In this document: piece after piece, positions 24,473 through 37,423 of the stretch
How positions within the stretch are numbered: the stretch's first letter is position 1
How the letters are laid out: the number at the start of each line of letters is the position of its first letter
Notes under the pieces: generated by a model
What the model was told of the DNA's origin: nothing
Databases searched by the model: none
What the model saw: only the letters and a program-made list of their open reading frames with translations
Translations under genes and position numbers: made by a program
Source of the DNA: Cirrosporium novae-zelandiae
Taxonomy: Eukaryota
Reading direction: 5' to 3'
DNA length: 64,000 nt
NCBI GenBank assembly: GCA_026023565.1
Contig: JAPETS010000023.1
Coordinates: 1-64,000 of the forward strand

Positions 24473-26369
24473 ATGCCAAACCAGATCAAGGATATTCATA
24501 CAGTTGACGACAAGTCATTCCCATACATATTCGAGGAGAATGCCACCGTTAGCTTAAAAAGCAGCGAAGGCTTAATCCGTTGCAATGTTTACCGCCCAAA
24601 AGCCGATCAGAAAGTCCCAGTACTCGTTACATATGGGCCCTACGGAAAAGATATTCACTATAAAGAGTATGGCATATTTCTCGAAGATTTAAACAAAAGC
24701 TAACGTTTCAGTTTCCACGCCCAGTCCTTTTCGGAAGTCAATTCTGAGCATCATTCGGCCCACTCTTCTTGGGAAACACCAGACCCTGGCTTCTGGACAA
24801 GCCATGGATATGCGGTCGTTCGAGCTGATGAGCGTGGATTAGGCCAATCCCCGGGCATCCTTGATACAATGTCACGAGGGACTAGCGAGGCATTTTTTGA
24901 TGTTGTTGAATGGGCGTCAGAACAAGCGTGGTCATCCGGAAAAGTTGGATTACTTGGAATATCTTACTATGCTGGTAGTCAATGGAGGGTTGCTGCCCGT
25001 CAACCGAAGGGACTATCCTGCATTATTCCTTGGGAAGGAATGTCGGACTATTATCGCGATCGTTGTCGACATGGAGGTATACTTGCCAATAAGTTTATTA
25101 GGTTTTGGTGGGACCGCCAGGTCCTTTCGAATCAATATGGTCTGCCGGGGAAAGCTGCAAGAAAATGGGGACCAGATACCATTGAAGGAGATCTCACCGA
25201 AGAAGAACTTAAGAAGAATCGGCAGGACCAAAATGTCGACAACGCAAATAATAAATTTCGAGACGACGAATATTATGCATCAAAAGAGTATAGTATGGAA
25301 GATATCCAGGTACCTCTTCTTTCAGTTGCGAATCTTGGGGGGATTCTTTTACATCTTCGAGGTAACGTTGAAGGATTCGTCAACGCAGGGTCGGAGCTGA
25401 AATACCTCCGGTTCATTTGCGGTCGTCATGACCTTCCATTCTATTACAAGGAGGAGGTTGAAGTTCAAAGGAGCTTCCTGGACGCATTCTTGAAAGGCGA
25501 GGATCGTGTAGGGTGGTCAGTTAAGGGCAAAGTACCACCAGTTGACCTGATTCTTCGGAAAGGCGATGTTGGCTTCAATAATCCTGCTGGTGAAAAAACC
25601 TTTTCGCGACGAGTTGAAATGGAATGGCCAATCGCCCGCACAGAATTCACTCCATTCTATCTTACCCCTTCTAAGAAACTTCTCACAGAAATACCAAACG
25701 AGACACGTCTGACAAAGTTGTCTTATAAAGCCCTTGGGTCCCTCGATAACCCACAACTTATTCAATTTACGACTCCACCATTCGAAACAGAGACTGAGAT
25801 CACTGGAAATATTGTTGCCCATCTAAACGTTTCTGTCAGCCCTGATCCAGCGGGACCTACACCAAGTGATATTGATCTCTTCCTTAGTTTAAGACACATT
25901 TCTCGGGAGGGGAAGGAGATACAGTATACTGGTACAGCCGGAGACCCTATTCCATTATGCAAAGGATGGCTAAGGGTCAGTTTGCGGAAAGTAAATAAAG
26001 AACATCCGAAGAATCGACCATGGCTTCCACGTCGGGATTATCTTTCAACCGATGTCCAGCCCGTGATCCCAGGAGACATCTACCCTGTAGATGTTGAGGT
26101 GTGGCCTACGAGTGTCGTTGTCGAAAAGGGAGGAAAGATAATCTTAGAAGTCGCATCTGGTGATACACAAGGGTGTGGTGTGTTCCAGCACACGGACGAA
26201 AATGATCGGTAAGTATTGATCAATTATGGAAATAATGAACATATGCTGAAAGATTACTAGGTCCGAAAAGAAGCTCAGAGGTCAGAATCACATCCATTTT
26301 GGACTCAAGTATTCGAATTATGTCACGCTTCCGGTCATTCCTCCCCGAGTATTGCCCAGCTCTCTATAA
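24473..26369 (+). CDS. CocE/NonD family serine hydrolase (peptidase S15 + PepX_C)
   Basis: VLVTYGPYGKD, WETPDPGFW, ADERGLGQSPG, nucleophile elbow GKVGLLGISYYA, GRHDLPF, GWLRVSLR; introns 24668-24711 and 26209-26260; ends PRVLPSSL*. Confidence 0.92.
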
Positions 26370-26970
26370 GACATGAATGGACCGAACAAGCGTTATTTTC
26401 TGGATATACCAGCAGGTAGCATAGATATTGACCAAATATAGAGTTTACACCTCATATTAGATATGAACCTCTACACAACAGACATAACTAGATTAAATCA
26501 TCAGTTATCCAAAACTACCTAAGTAGGATATCCTATTTGCAAACATGTAAATGGGGACACATTCTCTCATACGCGGCACTTACCTTTCGGGAGAGTTGCC
26601 GACGTCTCGGGACCACATTCGGAACTTCTAATGTAGGAGAAAGTCGGATGGAAGTTACCTCAGATAAATCATGTTCATGAGAGAGTTCTAGAGTGACGAG
26701 AAGGAAGTATATGTACCGTGTCCGCTAATATTATGTGGACGGACATTCCTCAGTTTGACTTGAAGCTCCCGCCCCTGAATTCTTATCGACAACGCTCGAA
26801 CCGAGGTCTGGATAAGCGAGTAACGGCCCAAATTAAGCTTATTTCTAGTTTAGTCTTCAACTGTCCGAACAACTTTTAGAGCTCGAGGCATTTTCTCTCT
26901 TTATTATTTATCTTTGAGGTCTCGGGGGTCTTCTGGTTGTGAGGTTAATCACTTTTCAATTTCTATCATA

Positions 26971-27934
26971 ATGGCTACGTCTAAAGTTGCCCTTGTCACT
27001 GCATCATCAGCTGGCCTCGGAGCTGCCATTGCCAAAGTTCTCGCTTCGGAAATGCGCGTTATTGTCAACTATTCGAACAGTCACGATCGCGCTAACGCCA
27101 TCGTTGAAGACCTCCGTACCTTATATCCTTCTTCGTCTCAAAACCCTCGTTTCATTGCCATACAGGCCGATGTTTCGAAACGGTCCGAAATTATTCGCCT
27201 GGTTGAGGAGAGCGTGACAACCATGGGGCGACTTGATGTAGTCGTTTCGAATGCCGGCTGGACTCGAATGGCCAATTTCCATGATTTAGATGATGGAGTA
27301 ATTGAAGAAGAGTGGGATAAGTGTTTTAATATGAATGTCAAGAGCCATCTGTTTTTGATGCACGCTGCCAAGAAATACTTAGATGACACAGAAGGAGCAT
27401 TTATTACCACAGCTTCTGTGGCAGGTGTGAAACCAAGCGGCAGCTCTCTGGTTCGTATCAATTTTGAAATATCCCGACTTTACCTTTCTATTCGCAAGGG
27501 TTTTCGATTATCACCTGACAAGTGATATCTACAGCCGTACGCAGTGACGAAAGCTGCCCAAATTCATCTCGCCAGATCCCTTGCCGTAATAGCGGCCCCC
27601 AAAATTCGTGTTAATTCAGTTTCCCCTGGTGTATTACTAACTGTAAGTCTACTGTGGGGCTTAGACACCCTTTTTTGCTTTTGAACCACGGCGTGGGAGA
27701 GAACTAAAGTTGAATTAGGAATGGGGGTTACAATTCCCAGAAGAACGGCTTAAGGCCGTAAAAGAAAAGAATATTCTGAAGAAGTTTGCTACCGTTGAAG
27801 TATGTTCTTTTCTTTGCTTGATAAAATCAAATTAACATTCAATTTAGGATGTTGCCCAGCAAGTGAAGTGTCTCGTCTTAAGTCAGTCTGTTACGGGCAC
27901 AAATACCATCATAGACGCGGGCTTTACCCTTTAA
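26971..27934 (+). CDS. Short-chain dehydrogenase/reductase (classical SDR)
   Basis: VALVTASSAGLG, LDVVVSNAG, Ser in TASVAG, YAVTK catalytic motif, IRVNSVSPG; three introns; ends IIDAGFTL*. Confidence 0.9.
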
Positions 27935-28226
27935 AGCGAGTGAAAGAGTGTAGCAAGGGTAAATACCAACACATACTTCAATAGACAAACTTCGATAAGA
28001 AAAAGATATTTGGGTGTGGCTATACTTACCTTTCAAATGAGAGAATCAACACTATAAATGGAATAACACGAAAAAAACTGTTCAACAAGCATCAAGCAAG
28101 CAAAAATCAAAACCGTAAAAAAGAAATGACAGGAGACAATCGATCGACAGGGTCATAGGAGTTTGGTCAACAGGATTATATACATGGAAATGTTGGTTAC
28201 AAACTACCTTCAGATCCGTCCAAAAT

Positions 28227-29816
28227 TTACAGCTTCGCTCCCTTCGCTTCTTCCTCCCATTCGTGGACATTTGCAAGACCACGCTGGCGAGAACGATCAC
28301 CCTCATCAAGGTATCCGCATATTCTACCTTCTGGATCCCACTTTCGCCGCAACTCCATCAGCTTTTTTCCTTGCTCTTTGCCCCAATATCTCGTTTTCCG
28401 GACCTGGAAATCAGAATCACCCAGATAGGCTCCAACTGAATGGCGTTCGATTTCTTTCATAGTTTCTTTAGTCCATGTTTGGCACCTGTTATCATCTGCC
28501 TGATCTTTCCAAACGCCATAGAAGGCGAAATAGTGATCACTCTGTACACTCAAAGCCATATCCGGGAGTTTACGGCGTGAGCATGGGTTCATAGCATACC
28601 ATAAAGCAAACGATTGTTTTGTAGGTAGTGTCGTGAAAGCCTTTCTCAGGACCTCTGGAACATCGGCATCATTGTTGATATATGCATTCTCTGTAACATA
28701 TCGATGCTCATTCGGATTTGCTCGTCCCTGGTCATCGTACTCTTGTGGTAGGCTTGTTTCCTTGAAAAACCATTGTACCGCCGGATTTGGTGGATGGTTG
28801 TCCTCAGCAGGTTGCAACGCTTGTTTTGCATCCCGTTCGCTATCCTTGAAGGTCACAAAAAGAACCATGATATATGGCTCATCCATTCCTGGAGGATAAT
28901 TTCCTACTGCCACTATCTCGGTGTCTGTATCATAAGATGGCGTGATCTAGGTCCTAATAGTGAGCAGGTTGCTACCCAAACATGTCAATTCAAGTTACTC
29001 ACATCGATAATCCAACTAAAGGCCTCTTTATATGCTGACATAGGGTATATGTATGCAGAGGATCTCATTACTTTAGGTGCAGGACGAACTTTCAGGTAGA
29101 ACCTAGTTACAATGGCTGGGAAACCCGGACCAGCGCCTCTAGCAGCCCACAGAAGATCGCTATTGACATCCTCACTGCAATGTAAAAGCTTTCCTTCCGC
29201 TGTCACGACATCAATAGCAGCCACTTGTTCGCATGCCCAGCCCCAGTTCTTCATATGAAATTAGCGGCGAGGTTTTAAGTGGAGATACGATTCAAGACTC
29301 ACACGGCAATTCCATCCCATTCCACCTTGGAGGAGGAAGCCTCCAACACCTACATCTGGACAATGGCCACCGGCGAACAACAAACCAAACTTGGACAAAT
29401 ATCCATTGAGAACTCTCCCCGTTGTACTTGGAGAGACACTAACGATACGACGAGCCTCGTCGAGGGACACTTCATTATACTTTCCGAAATCAATAAGAAT
29501 AGCCTCGTCTCTGACGCTCCATGCTGCCCAGCTGTGCCCGCCGCTACGGATAGATATCCTGTCAATGTTTCAGCATCCACCTTTGTTCTTCCAGTTTCAG
29601 ATTCACTCACCGACACCGCCTCTCTATGGCGAGTTTGACGGCATTTATAATGTCAGAGAACTTGTTAGCTTCGACAACAGCCACAGGGTATCTATCCGGT
29701 CTTCGATGGTTGAAAACTCGGCCAATTCTGGCTTGTTCGTAGGCTTGCTTGTTCGATGATTTCCACACAATGGGGAAAGACTGTGATATCAAACCGGCAG
29801 GCGACGTAGAGGCCAT
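28227..29816 (-). CDS. FAD-linked oxidase (VAO/PCMH, BBE / 6-hydroxy-D-nicotine-oxidase-like), C-terminal PTS1 -AKL
   Basis: YPVAVV, RSGGHSW (covalent-FAD His motif), GGHCPDVGVGGFLLQGGMG, DLLWAARGAGPG, BBE-like AYLGD...RRKWDPEG; ends AKGAKL*. Confidence 0.9.
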
Positions 29817-31047
29817 TTTCTATTGCTGATTTAGTAAGCAGAAAAATGACTTCGCTCGAAGATTGACGGGATCGGCTGGGATAACTGGAAATTACACAGC
29901 ATCGACAACAAACAGGTAGGCAATTATTTAAATTGTTTAGGGGTGTATAGGGGATCGGCACAATCCCCAATAGGAAGCTTTGTACTGACGGAAGTCACGG
30001 TACTGGTGTAGGAAGGGTAGGACGTGGGATCTTAGGTGAGCCCGGGTAGTTCTACGAAGCAAGGAACAAGAGGAAACTTACAGACTTCTAGGGTCAGTTC
30101 GAGGATCGGTTCCGAATTCCAGCGTAGTTCTATTTGTTTTTTTTTGCACGGTTGCAATGCACCAAAGATAAGTGCTCCAAATATCTCAAATATCACAAAT
30201 GCCCAAGTACCGCTGGTCTTGTTATCTATTTGAAATTGCCCAAATTGCCGAGGAAAACTGAAAGATGAACCGTCTAATTAATTTTCCCTTCCTTTTCTCT
30301 ACTAAGTAGGGGCCCTCTTTTATCAATTACTCCTCTTTGATTGCTCCGAGCCTTTTAGCAAGAAAAATAGGTTTAGTTTCCCCAGGTGTTCGTCCACTCG
30401 CGTCGGGGTATCAGTCAAACTTTGTGGGGTAACCTTCGGGTAAGGGGGGCAACCGAGAGTCTGCCGGTGGACTTGGATAGAGGCCCTCGCCAAAGGTTGG
30501 GACCCCCCCTACCTTGTCCAATTTTTGGGCCTATTTGGACGTCCAACTCTTACAGCTTGACATCACTAATAGCAATAGCAACAATAACAACAAAAAATAG
30601 AAAAGGCCTACTAAGACAATGTCCAACTCATAGCATCAAATGACCAATCCCTCCCCCAGCTTCCCCGCAGTTCACTATCTCCATTCCGACGTCCACATCT
30701 CCAGCCGTGCGTCCAAGCTTTTAACTAGAGCTCTAGGGTATTGAAGCTTTATATTACTATCCTTCATAAATTCAAGTCTCGGTGGCCTCCGAAAGAGTAA
30801 GCAGACTTAGGAAAATCTTTCCAACGACCAGTTTCAAGTCTCCAAGTCGTTGTGTTGCTGTGTTATTACCCTGTCCTTGTTTCCTCCAGTTAACTTGACA
30901 GATACCCTTAGCATCGCGTCTTAAGCTACCTCTAAGCTCCGTTGCGCTTAGTTCAACACCAGCTTGTGGCGGTTCTTCACGTCCCACTCCAACCCCTTTG
31001 GCGTCTCTCTCATTATTTACATCTTGGGCTGGACAAAATCAGACAAG

Positions 31048-32964
31048 ATGGGTAAGACGCTTGATAGAGATGGTGAAATCAGGCAGAACACCTTGGGTAG
31101 TCTCCGGATCCGTCACCATGAGACAAACGAAATCATTCTGGTCCCAACCCCTACGAACGATCCTAATGATCCATTGAACTGGTGAGTTTTTTTTTCAATC
31201 CCCAAGATCTAGAAAGATTCAAAGAGATTGATAACATGGTCTTTTTTTCATCTTCGAATTCTACTTCGCACTTTCTTTGGGACCGTTCATATATTTTTGA
31301 CATAAACATACATTATCTTTTACTTACGTTACTCTTTCCCCAGGTCCTCTGGGTACCGCTACTATCTGGTTATCCTGGTTTGCCTCGCCATTTTTTTCTG
31401 CAACTTCCTCGCGGCTGGTCCTACCGTCGCTATCGTCGAAACAACAGAGGACTTTTTTGGCCCAATGGGCCCTGACTTCAACTCCCAAATTGCCAAGGTA
31501 TCCTATTTCTATAGCACGACTGCATTTCTACAGGGTCTAGGTAACCTTTTTTGGATGCCCATAATCCTCAAATATGGCCGACGTCCTGCTTATATTTGCT
31601 CATTTACACTTTATACAGCCTGTGCTGCATGGGCTGGCGGATCTACCTCCTATGGATCAGAGCTGGCATCGAGAATCATTATGGGGTTTGCCAACGGTGC
31701 TGGGGAATGTCTTGCTCCTCTCACCATCGCCGATATCTTCTACCTGCATGAACGCGGACACTTTATGGCAATCTACACCGCATTCCTCTCAGCAGGCGTA
31801 GGTGGTGGAATCGTCATTTCTGGTCTCATAACAATCAACCACTCCTGGCGCTATATCTATTGGGTGGCTGTAGCCCTCATTGGTGCCCTTACTTGTCTCG
31901 TCATCTTAACCTTTCCCGAGACCGAGTATGACCGCTCGCCTAAGATCAGCAATTTAGGCCAACCATATGAACCTCCTATGACGTTTGAGGAGGCTGAGAT
32001 TGGTCTTGGCACTAAGAGTCTTACGGACAAAGACAGTATCAGGTTCAAACACCAAAAAGAAGGCGGTCCAGAGCATTCACACACAGAGCGGAGTCAGGAT
32101 CGTGAAGCTGCGAATGAGACAGTTCCAATTCCAAAGAAGCGCACGTATCTGGAAACTCTCAAAATATTCACTGGGACCTACACGGATGAATCACTTTTAA
32201 AACTTTTCCTCCGACCTGTTCTTCTTCTGGCCCTTCCTCCTGTCCTCTACGCTACACTGTGCATGTCTGTAACAATTGGCTTCCTTGTCGCCATTACATC
32301 CAATTTCGCCACTGCGTTCAGCACATATTATGGCTTTGAGGCCTGGCAAAGTGGGCTCTGTTTTATTAGCGCACTGATTGGAAGTGCAGCAGGCATATTT
32401 TTCGGAGGGCGCTTCGGCGACTGGGTAGCTGATTGGTTCACCCGGCGGAACAATGGTGTGCGGGAACCGGAAATGCGGCTTCCAGGTATGATTCTTGGTG
32501 GGTGTTTGGCTCCAACAAGTCTGGTCATGTATGGTGTGGGCATTGGAAACGGTGTACATTGGATCTGTCCTACAATCGCCCTTGGACTTCGTAAGTCTCT
32601 CCCTTCCAACATCTAAATTCCCACTAACCAATCCCTGACAGTAACCTTTTCCATCGTCCAAGCTACCAACATCACCCTTGTCTACACGATTGATGCATAC
32701 CGCCCCATCGCTGGCGAAATCACCGTCACGCAGCTTTGCTTCAAGGCTTGTTTTGGTTTCCTGTTGTCTTTCTACACTAACCCCTGGATTGACGAGGCAG
32801 GCTATCAGCGCGCATTTGGCGCCATGGCAGGAATTAGTGGCGGTGTGCTGATCTGGGGTATTTTCTTTTACTTTTTCGGCCGGAGAATTCGACATGCAAC
32901 TTGGGAGTGGAATTGGGTTAAGGCAGGTGTTCATTGGGGTGGTGATCGGGAGGTTGGTGAGTAA
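31048..32964 (+). CDS. MFS transporter (Hol1/DHA1-like, 12 TM)
   Basis: LVPTPTNDPNDPLNW, KYGRRPAY, IADIFYLHERG, SWRYIYW, FPETEY, GVREPEMRL; introns 31182-31344 and 32591-32641. Confidence 0.92.
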
Positions 32965-34519
32965 TTGGCTCACCCTTAATGGGTGAATGGTATGGATAAG
33001 TGATCCGAAAGGAGAGGAGAGGAAAGAGAGCATGGAATTCTTGGGTTGTCATGAAAGTTTGGGGTTAGATTTGAGCTGCCAACGATTGAGCTTCCTGGAA
33101 ATAAGATGAAAACTATGCAACTGGGATGAATAATTTATCTTAAGATATTTATTTTTCGATGCCTGATGATACAATTGAGACGTATAACTCGAGGATGGTT
33201 CTCTATCTACAATGGCGATTGTTGGTGAACATTTAAAGACTTTGGGTATTATATTTAACCAAAAATGGAGTGGTCTATTGAATATGAGCTTTGCACTTGA
33301 CTCCAACATTGTCTTGTCCAACATCCTATAAATTTATGATAGTGATCTCTAATAGAAACCATATGATTGGTTGATCGACTTGTTATACATCCCACCTCTG
33401 AGCCCTTAGACAATAGATACTCTAAACATCAAAATCACACTTCCCTATCTCTGCCAAGTAAACTCCATATGGTATACAGCCACTTTAGCTCAAGGTCCAA
33501 CCCCTGGAGGACGAATTGATATTTTCTGGGGTCTAGACCCACTTAGCAAAAAAGTACATGGATAGGATTGTGGGGTGCATATGTCGGTCTGCTTCTAAGG
33601 ATACAATTTTATTGTACTGAAGCTTGAAATTTGACATAACTCTTTGCTAAAGTACTTTCTAGTTTGACGCACGAGTTCCTTCATCAAGGAGGCTTGCGCG
33701 TACAGGCTTCCAAGTTATTCCAGACTTGAAAGATTAGCCGATTATCGTGGGTCATTTCCCTGCAGGCCAAAGGAGGCGTTCCTGAATCATGATTTTTGAG
33801 CGGAAGGAGGGGGGTAAGCGGTTGAATAACTGACACGTGGGTGATGCAGTTTATGTGCCGCTCTTATCTTTCGACGATTCCGTGGTAGCTGGGGTGGATT
33901 GCTAGGGTGGATCGTCGATGTTGACCATTTCAGACGTCGAGGGTAGGAAGGGGGGTATAGATATGGATGCCGAAGGTGGAGGGAAAAGTTCGGGGTTTGC
34001 GGGGGTGCCAGGGCAAGAAAAAGCGAGACTGCGGACGCCCACATCGGACCCCGATCCTCAATGTTACCGGCGTATTATACGTTACGCAGATGGTGTAATT
34101 ACCCTTCCATCTTTCCTTACATTCGTCCTTCCCCCACATGAATCCCGAGGCCTTGGTCCTTGATCGGATCAAAGACTGCCTAAGCATTTGTGTGATACTG
34201 TTTGCCAGCTGTGTAATGGATTTGAGATGAACCGACCCAGCTGACCCCCAATACTATGCAGAGCATGGATCTGCGTGCCGCGGGGTTCAAGAGAAAGAGG
34301 ATGGAAATCAGTGACAGATAGCTGGTGCAGCTTCATGTCGTTTTTACTGACTTTACCTTGAATGAACACCAGCCTATCTATCTAATCTACCTTTCACCTT
34401 CTCAAGGCTATTTTTTTATTTCGTGTGTAGTAAAGCCAATAAATCGGTCAAAATAAGCATATCCGATTTACAGTCCTCTATCCTTGGGCATTGACAAGTC
34501 AAATTTCTGGTTCTGCAAG

Positions 34520-35670
34520 ATGGGTATGACTCTCTTTCGTTGTGTTCCTTCTGTCTTTCGCCCGAGACCAAAGTGCTAGATAAAATATACTGATACTCGT
34601 GCAAAATAATTGTAGTTCTCCCGCCAGTTCATTTCTTCAGCCATGGCTCGACCATGATGCTAGGTGAAGAGTCCGAATCGGCAGATTACTGGAAGAAGTG
34701 TGGCGATGAGGCACTAGCGAATAATATCAAAGGAGTTATTTTCATGGTATGTATATTCTCCTGTGCATCGCATTATTCCAGTATATATCCAAATAGCGAA
34801 GCGCCATCAATTAACATTATCCATTCGTCCAGGGCGCCCACTGGGATTGTCTGGGGAATAAAATTCAAGTCGCCACGAAACCATCTCCCGGAAAACAGCC
34901 CGTCGCCTACGTAAATCCAGAAAAATATCTCAACTACCCCATCAATGTCGATGTCGCTACCGCCCACCGTGCTATTGACATGCTTGCAGCCGAAGGTTTC
35001 GAGGTCTCTGCAAACCCCGAGTGGGACTGGATCCACGACGCCTTTCTCATTCTAATTCGGATGTTTCCCGAGAAGTGCCCACCCACGACGCTTGTAAGTC
35101 TCAATGCAAGATACGACCCACATTTCCACATGAAAATAGGAAGTACGCTCCGCCCGTTGAGATTGGAAAATTATCTTTTTGTTGGCTCCGGTGGCGGCGT
35201 TCATAACCTTTACCGCAATATCTGGAAGCCAATGTACCTCTACCGCGACAACTTTGCGATGCCAACACCCCCTGGAGAGTGGGCGCTGGAGTTCCGTCAG
35301 AGCCTAGAGGATGCATTAACGAAAAACAAGGGACCCGCGTTGAGGAGGGCCGTGACAAGACTGATGAAGCACCCAAGGTATAGGGAGGCACATGCAACAG
35401 ATGATCATTTCATGAGTGCGATGTTCGTAGCCGGGGCGTGCGGAGATGTGGAGGACGAAGCGGAAGAAGGGGGTAAGTTAACTGCAGAGACATGGGAATT
35501 AGTGAGTTTAGTCCATATTTACTGTTTGTTTTTAGCTTGCAGATTATTCTGATCTGATGTTTTTATGCAATTAGACAAATATGTGTAACGCTCAGTTCAC
35601 GTTCGGATCATGGTCAAAAAATAAGGCGGGGATGGCGAGAGGGGGCAAGACTGTTAGCGCTGCAGCATAA
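34520..35670 (+). CDS. LigB/DODA-type class III extradiol aromatic ring-opening dioxygenase
   Basis: MVLPPVHFFSHGS (4-nt first exon ATGG), GAHW, WIHDAF, VGSGGGVHNL, EAHATDDHF; three introns; ends NMCNAQFTFGSW...SAAA*. Confidence 0.88.
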
Positions 35671-36137
35671 TGATATCTAATGACTTGATTATTTCTTGGG
35701 TGGCGTTGTGACGAAGCATTATTGGTATTTTCGTTCAATTGCTTAGTTATAGTGAAATAGCCCTAGGCGAACATCCTCTGTTTTTAAGTGTTTGGACGAT
35801 TTATATAGTAGATATATTTTTCTACTAGTGTTGTATCCATATTTCATCGTTAAGCCAAGCCAGAGGATGATTGTAATTTCGAGTGGAAGCTACCTTGATC
35901 GTGTCAGCGATAAAATTAAAATTAATTAATTATGTCATAGTTGTAAAACCCAAAACGAACTTAGCGCCAGTCTCCCTCCCGTTCGCTTGGGTCAGGAGGG
36001 GAGCTCGGTCAGATGTGCGTCATGGAACCATAACAAAGACGGTGATATTCAAATGCGTTCAGATATTCCATTGCTACTCTTATCTTTATCTTATTATAAT
36101 CACTTGAGAGAGTCATTATTATCAATCGTAAGCTGAA

Positions 36138-36662
36138 ATGGCATCAGAAAACAAAATGTCCTCAAGAGTAAGAGTCCCGCGGAACGCATCCCGATACATC
36201 TCAGCTAAACTAAGTTTAGATCGCCTTCAAGGTACATGGAAGGGTCCAAGGTAAGTAATAGCCAGCAGCTAATTCTGAATACTCGTATGATTTTGACGGG
36301 CACATTATGGTAGGTGTCTGCTTCAGGTAATTCCCCATTATATCTTCGCATTTTTACCTACCAGCTAACTGTGGGGTTTAGGGACTTCGCAAGGAGAAAT
36401 GCCACCAGTTACGGGGTTACTGGCTTCGTTCGGAATACACTAGACGGGAAGGTAAAGAATACCTCTATTTGTCCCTTTTCTGTTGTAGGTGTTTCTAAAC
36501 CTTGGATCTTAGGTTACTGGAGAAGCACAAGGAGATGAAGGATCACTTATGAAGTTCTTGAAAGACATCGATCGAGGTCCAAGACATGCACATGTGGTAA
36601 AGCTCGAGAAACATGCACTAGAACCGAAGGAGGGAGAGAATTCCTTTCGTGTTGTCCATTGA
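36138..36662 (+). CDS. Acylphosphatase
   Basis: Spliced IAFKVHGRVQGVCFR, GVTGFVRN..DGKVTGEAQG, GPRHAHV; five exons including a 13-nt microexon 36314-36326. Confidence 0.88.
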
Positions 36663-37410
36663 TTGATGGATTTTTATACAAAACCTTAGCATACATTGGC
36701 GGTCAAATTCATTACTGGTTTGTTCTGCGTCTCAGCCAATTCCAGGTTTGAATGAGCATTGCTTTAGGAGAGACTTAGGAGATGATATTCAAATACTGGG
36801 GTAGTCACAGGGTCAGCAAAGAAGAATCCCGGGAGGAATTATAAGAGATTGGTTATTCCTTGCTAGGTGTAGGTAGGGCGTTGTGGGCATTGAGTTTCAA
36901 CTATTAGATGTCAATAATATAAATACATCAAATCAAAATTGCCTGATTAGAGAGCATCTTTCACTTTCACGTAAATATCATCCCGACTTTCCGTTTCTCC
37001 CACAGCGGTCCTACAAGTATCCTATCAATTATGGAGAAGCATGGAGATATTTGGCGGGCTTGGCTTGATCCATCGAACATCGACCTAGAAAACTGGAGAC
37101 GTGTAAAATCAAGGTCGGCGAAGTGATGGCGACTAAATATTAGTCAGGACGCCTAGTCGAGGCGCGTTCGTTTGAGCAAATATTGATGACAACGCTCTAT
37201 AACGACTCCAAAAAAGTTAGATGCACAGATGACTCGTGCGACGCTGGAATTAAACCAAACTCAGGATTATCAGAAAATCAAGAATAGACAACAATCTATT
37301 AGAATATTCATAGGTTTACCACTGTCTTTTTCTTTCATGTTTGTTTGATGTATCATTTAGGTTTATTGTACTTGGGTCATGTGGCAAGATGAAATATTGA
37401 TAGCTCCCTG

Positions 37411-37423
37411 CCGTATCGTTCCG
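37411..37423. promoter_or_regulatory. CCG-N7-CCG (CGG-N7-CGG) motif upstream of alternative oxidase: AOD2/AOD5 (AcuM/AcuK) type site
   Basis: ccgtatcgttccg about 690 nt upstream of the AOX ATG matches the known alternative-oxidase induction motif. Confidence 0.6.

Noticed and set aside
32197..33033. 278 aa antisense ORF over the MFS gene, and similar shadow ORFs over APC2, KAR9, the ALDH-like and coiled-coil genes
   Set aside because: They overlap well-supported genes on the opposite strand and show no motifs
33400..34400. Possible pseudogene or relic between the MFS and LigB genes
   Set aside because: Only short stop-interrupted frames with no recognisable motif; cannot be supported without a translated homology search
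9694..35670. Secondary-metabolite biosynthetic cluster
   Set aside because: No PKS, NRPS, terpene cyclase or prenyltransferase in the window; the enzyme set fits degradation better, although a distant backbone gene cannot be excluded
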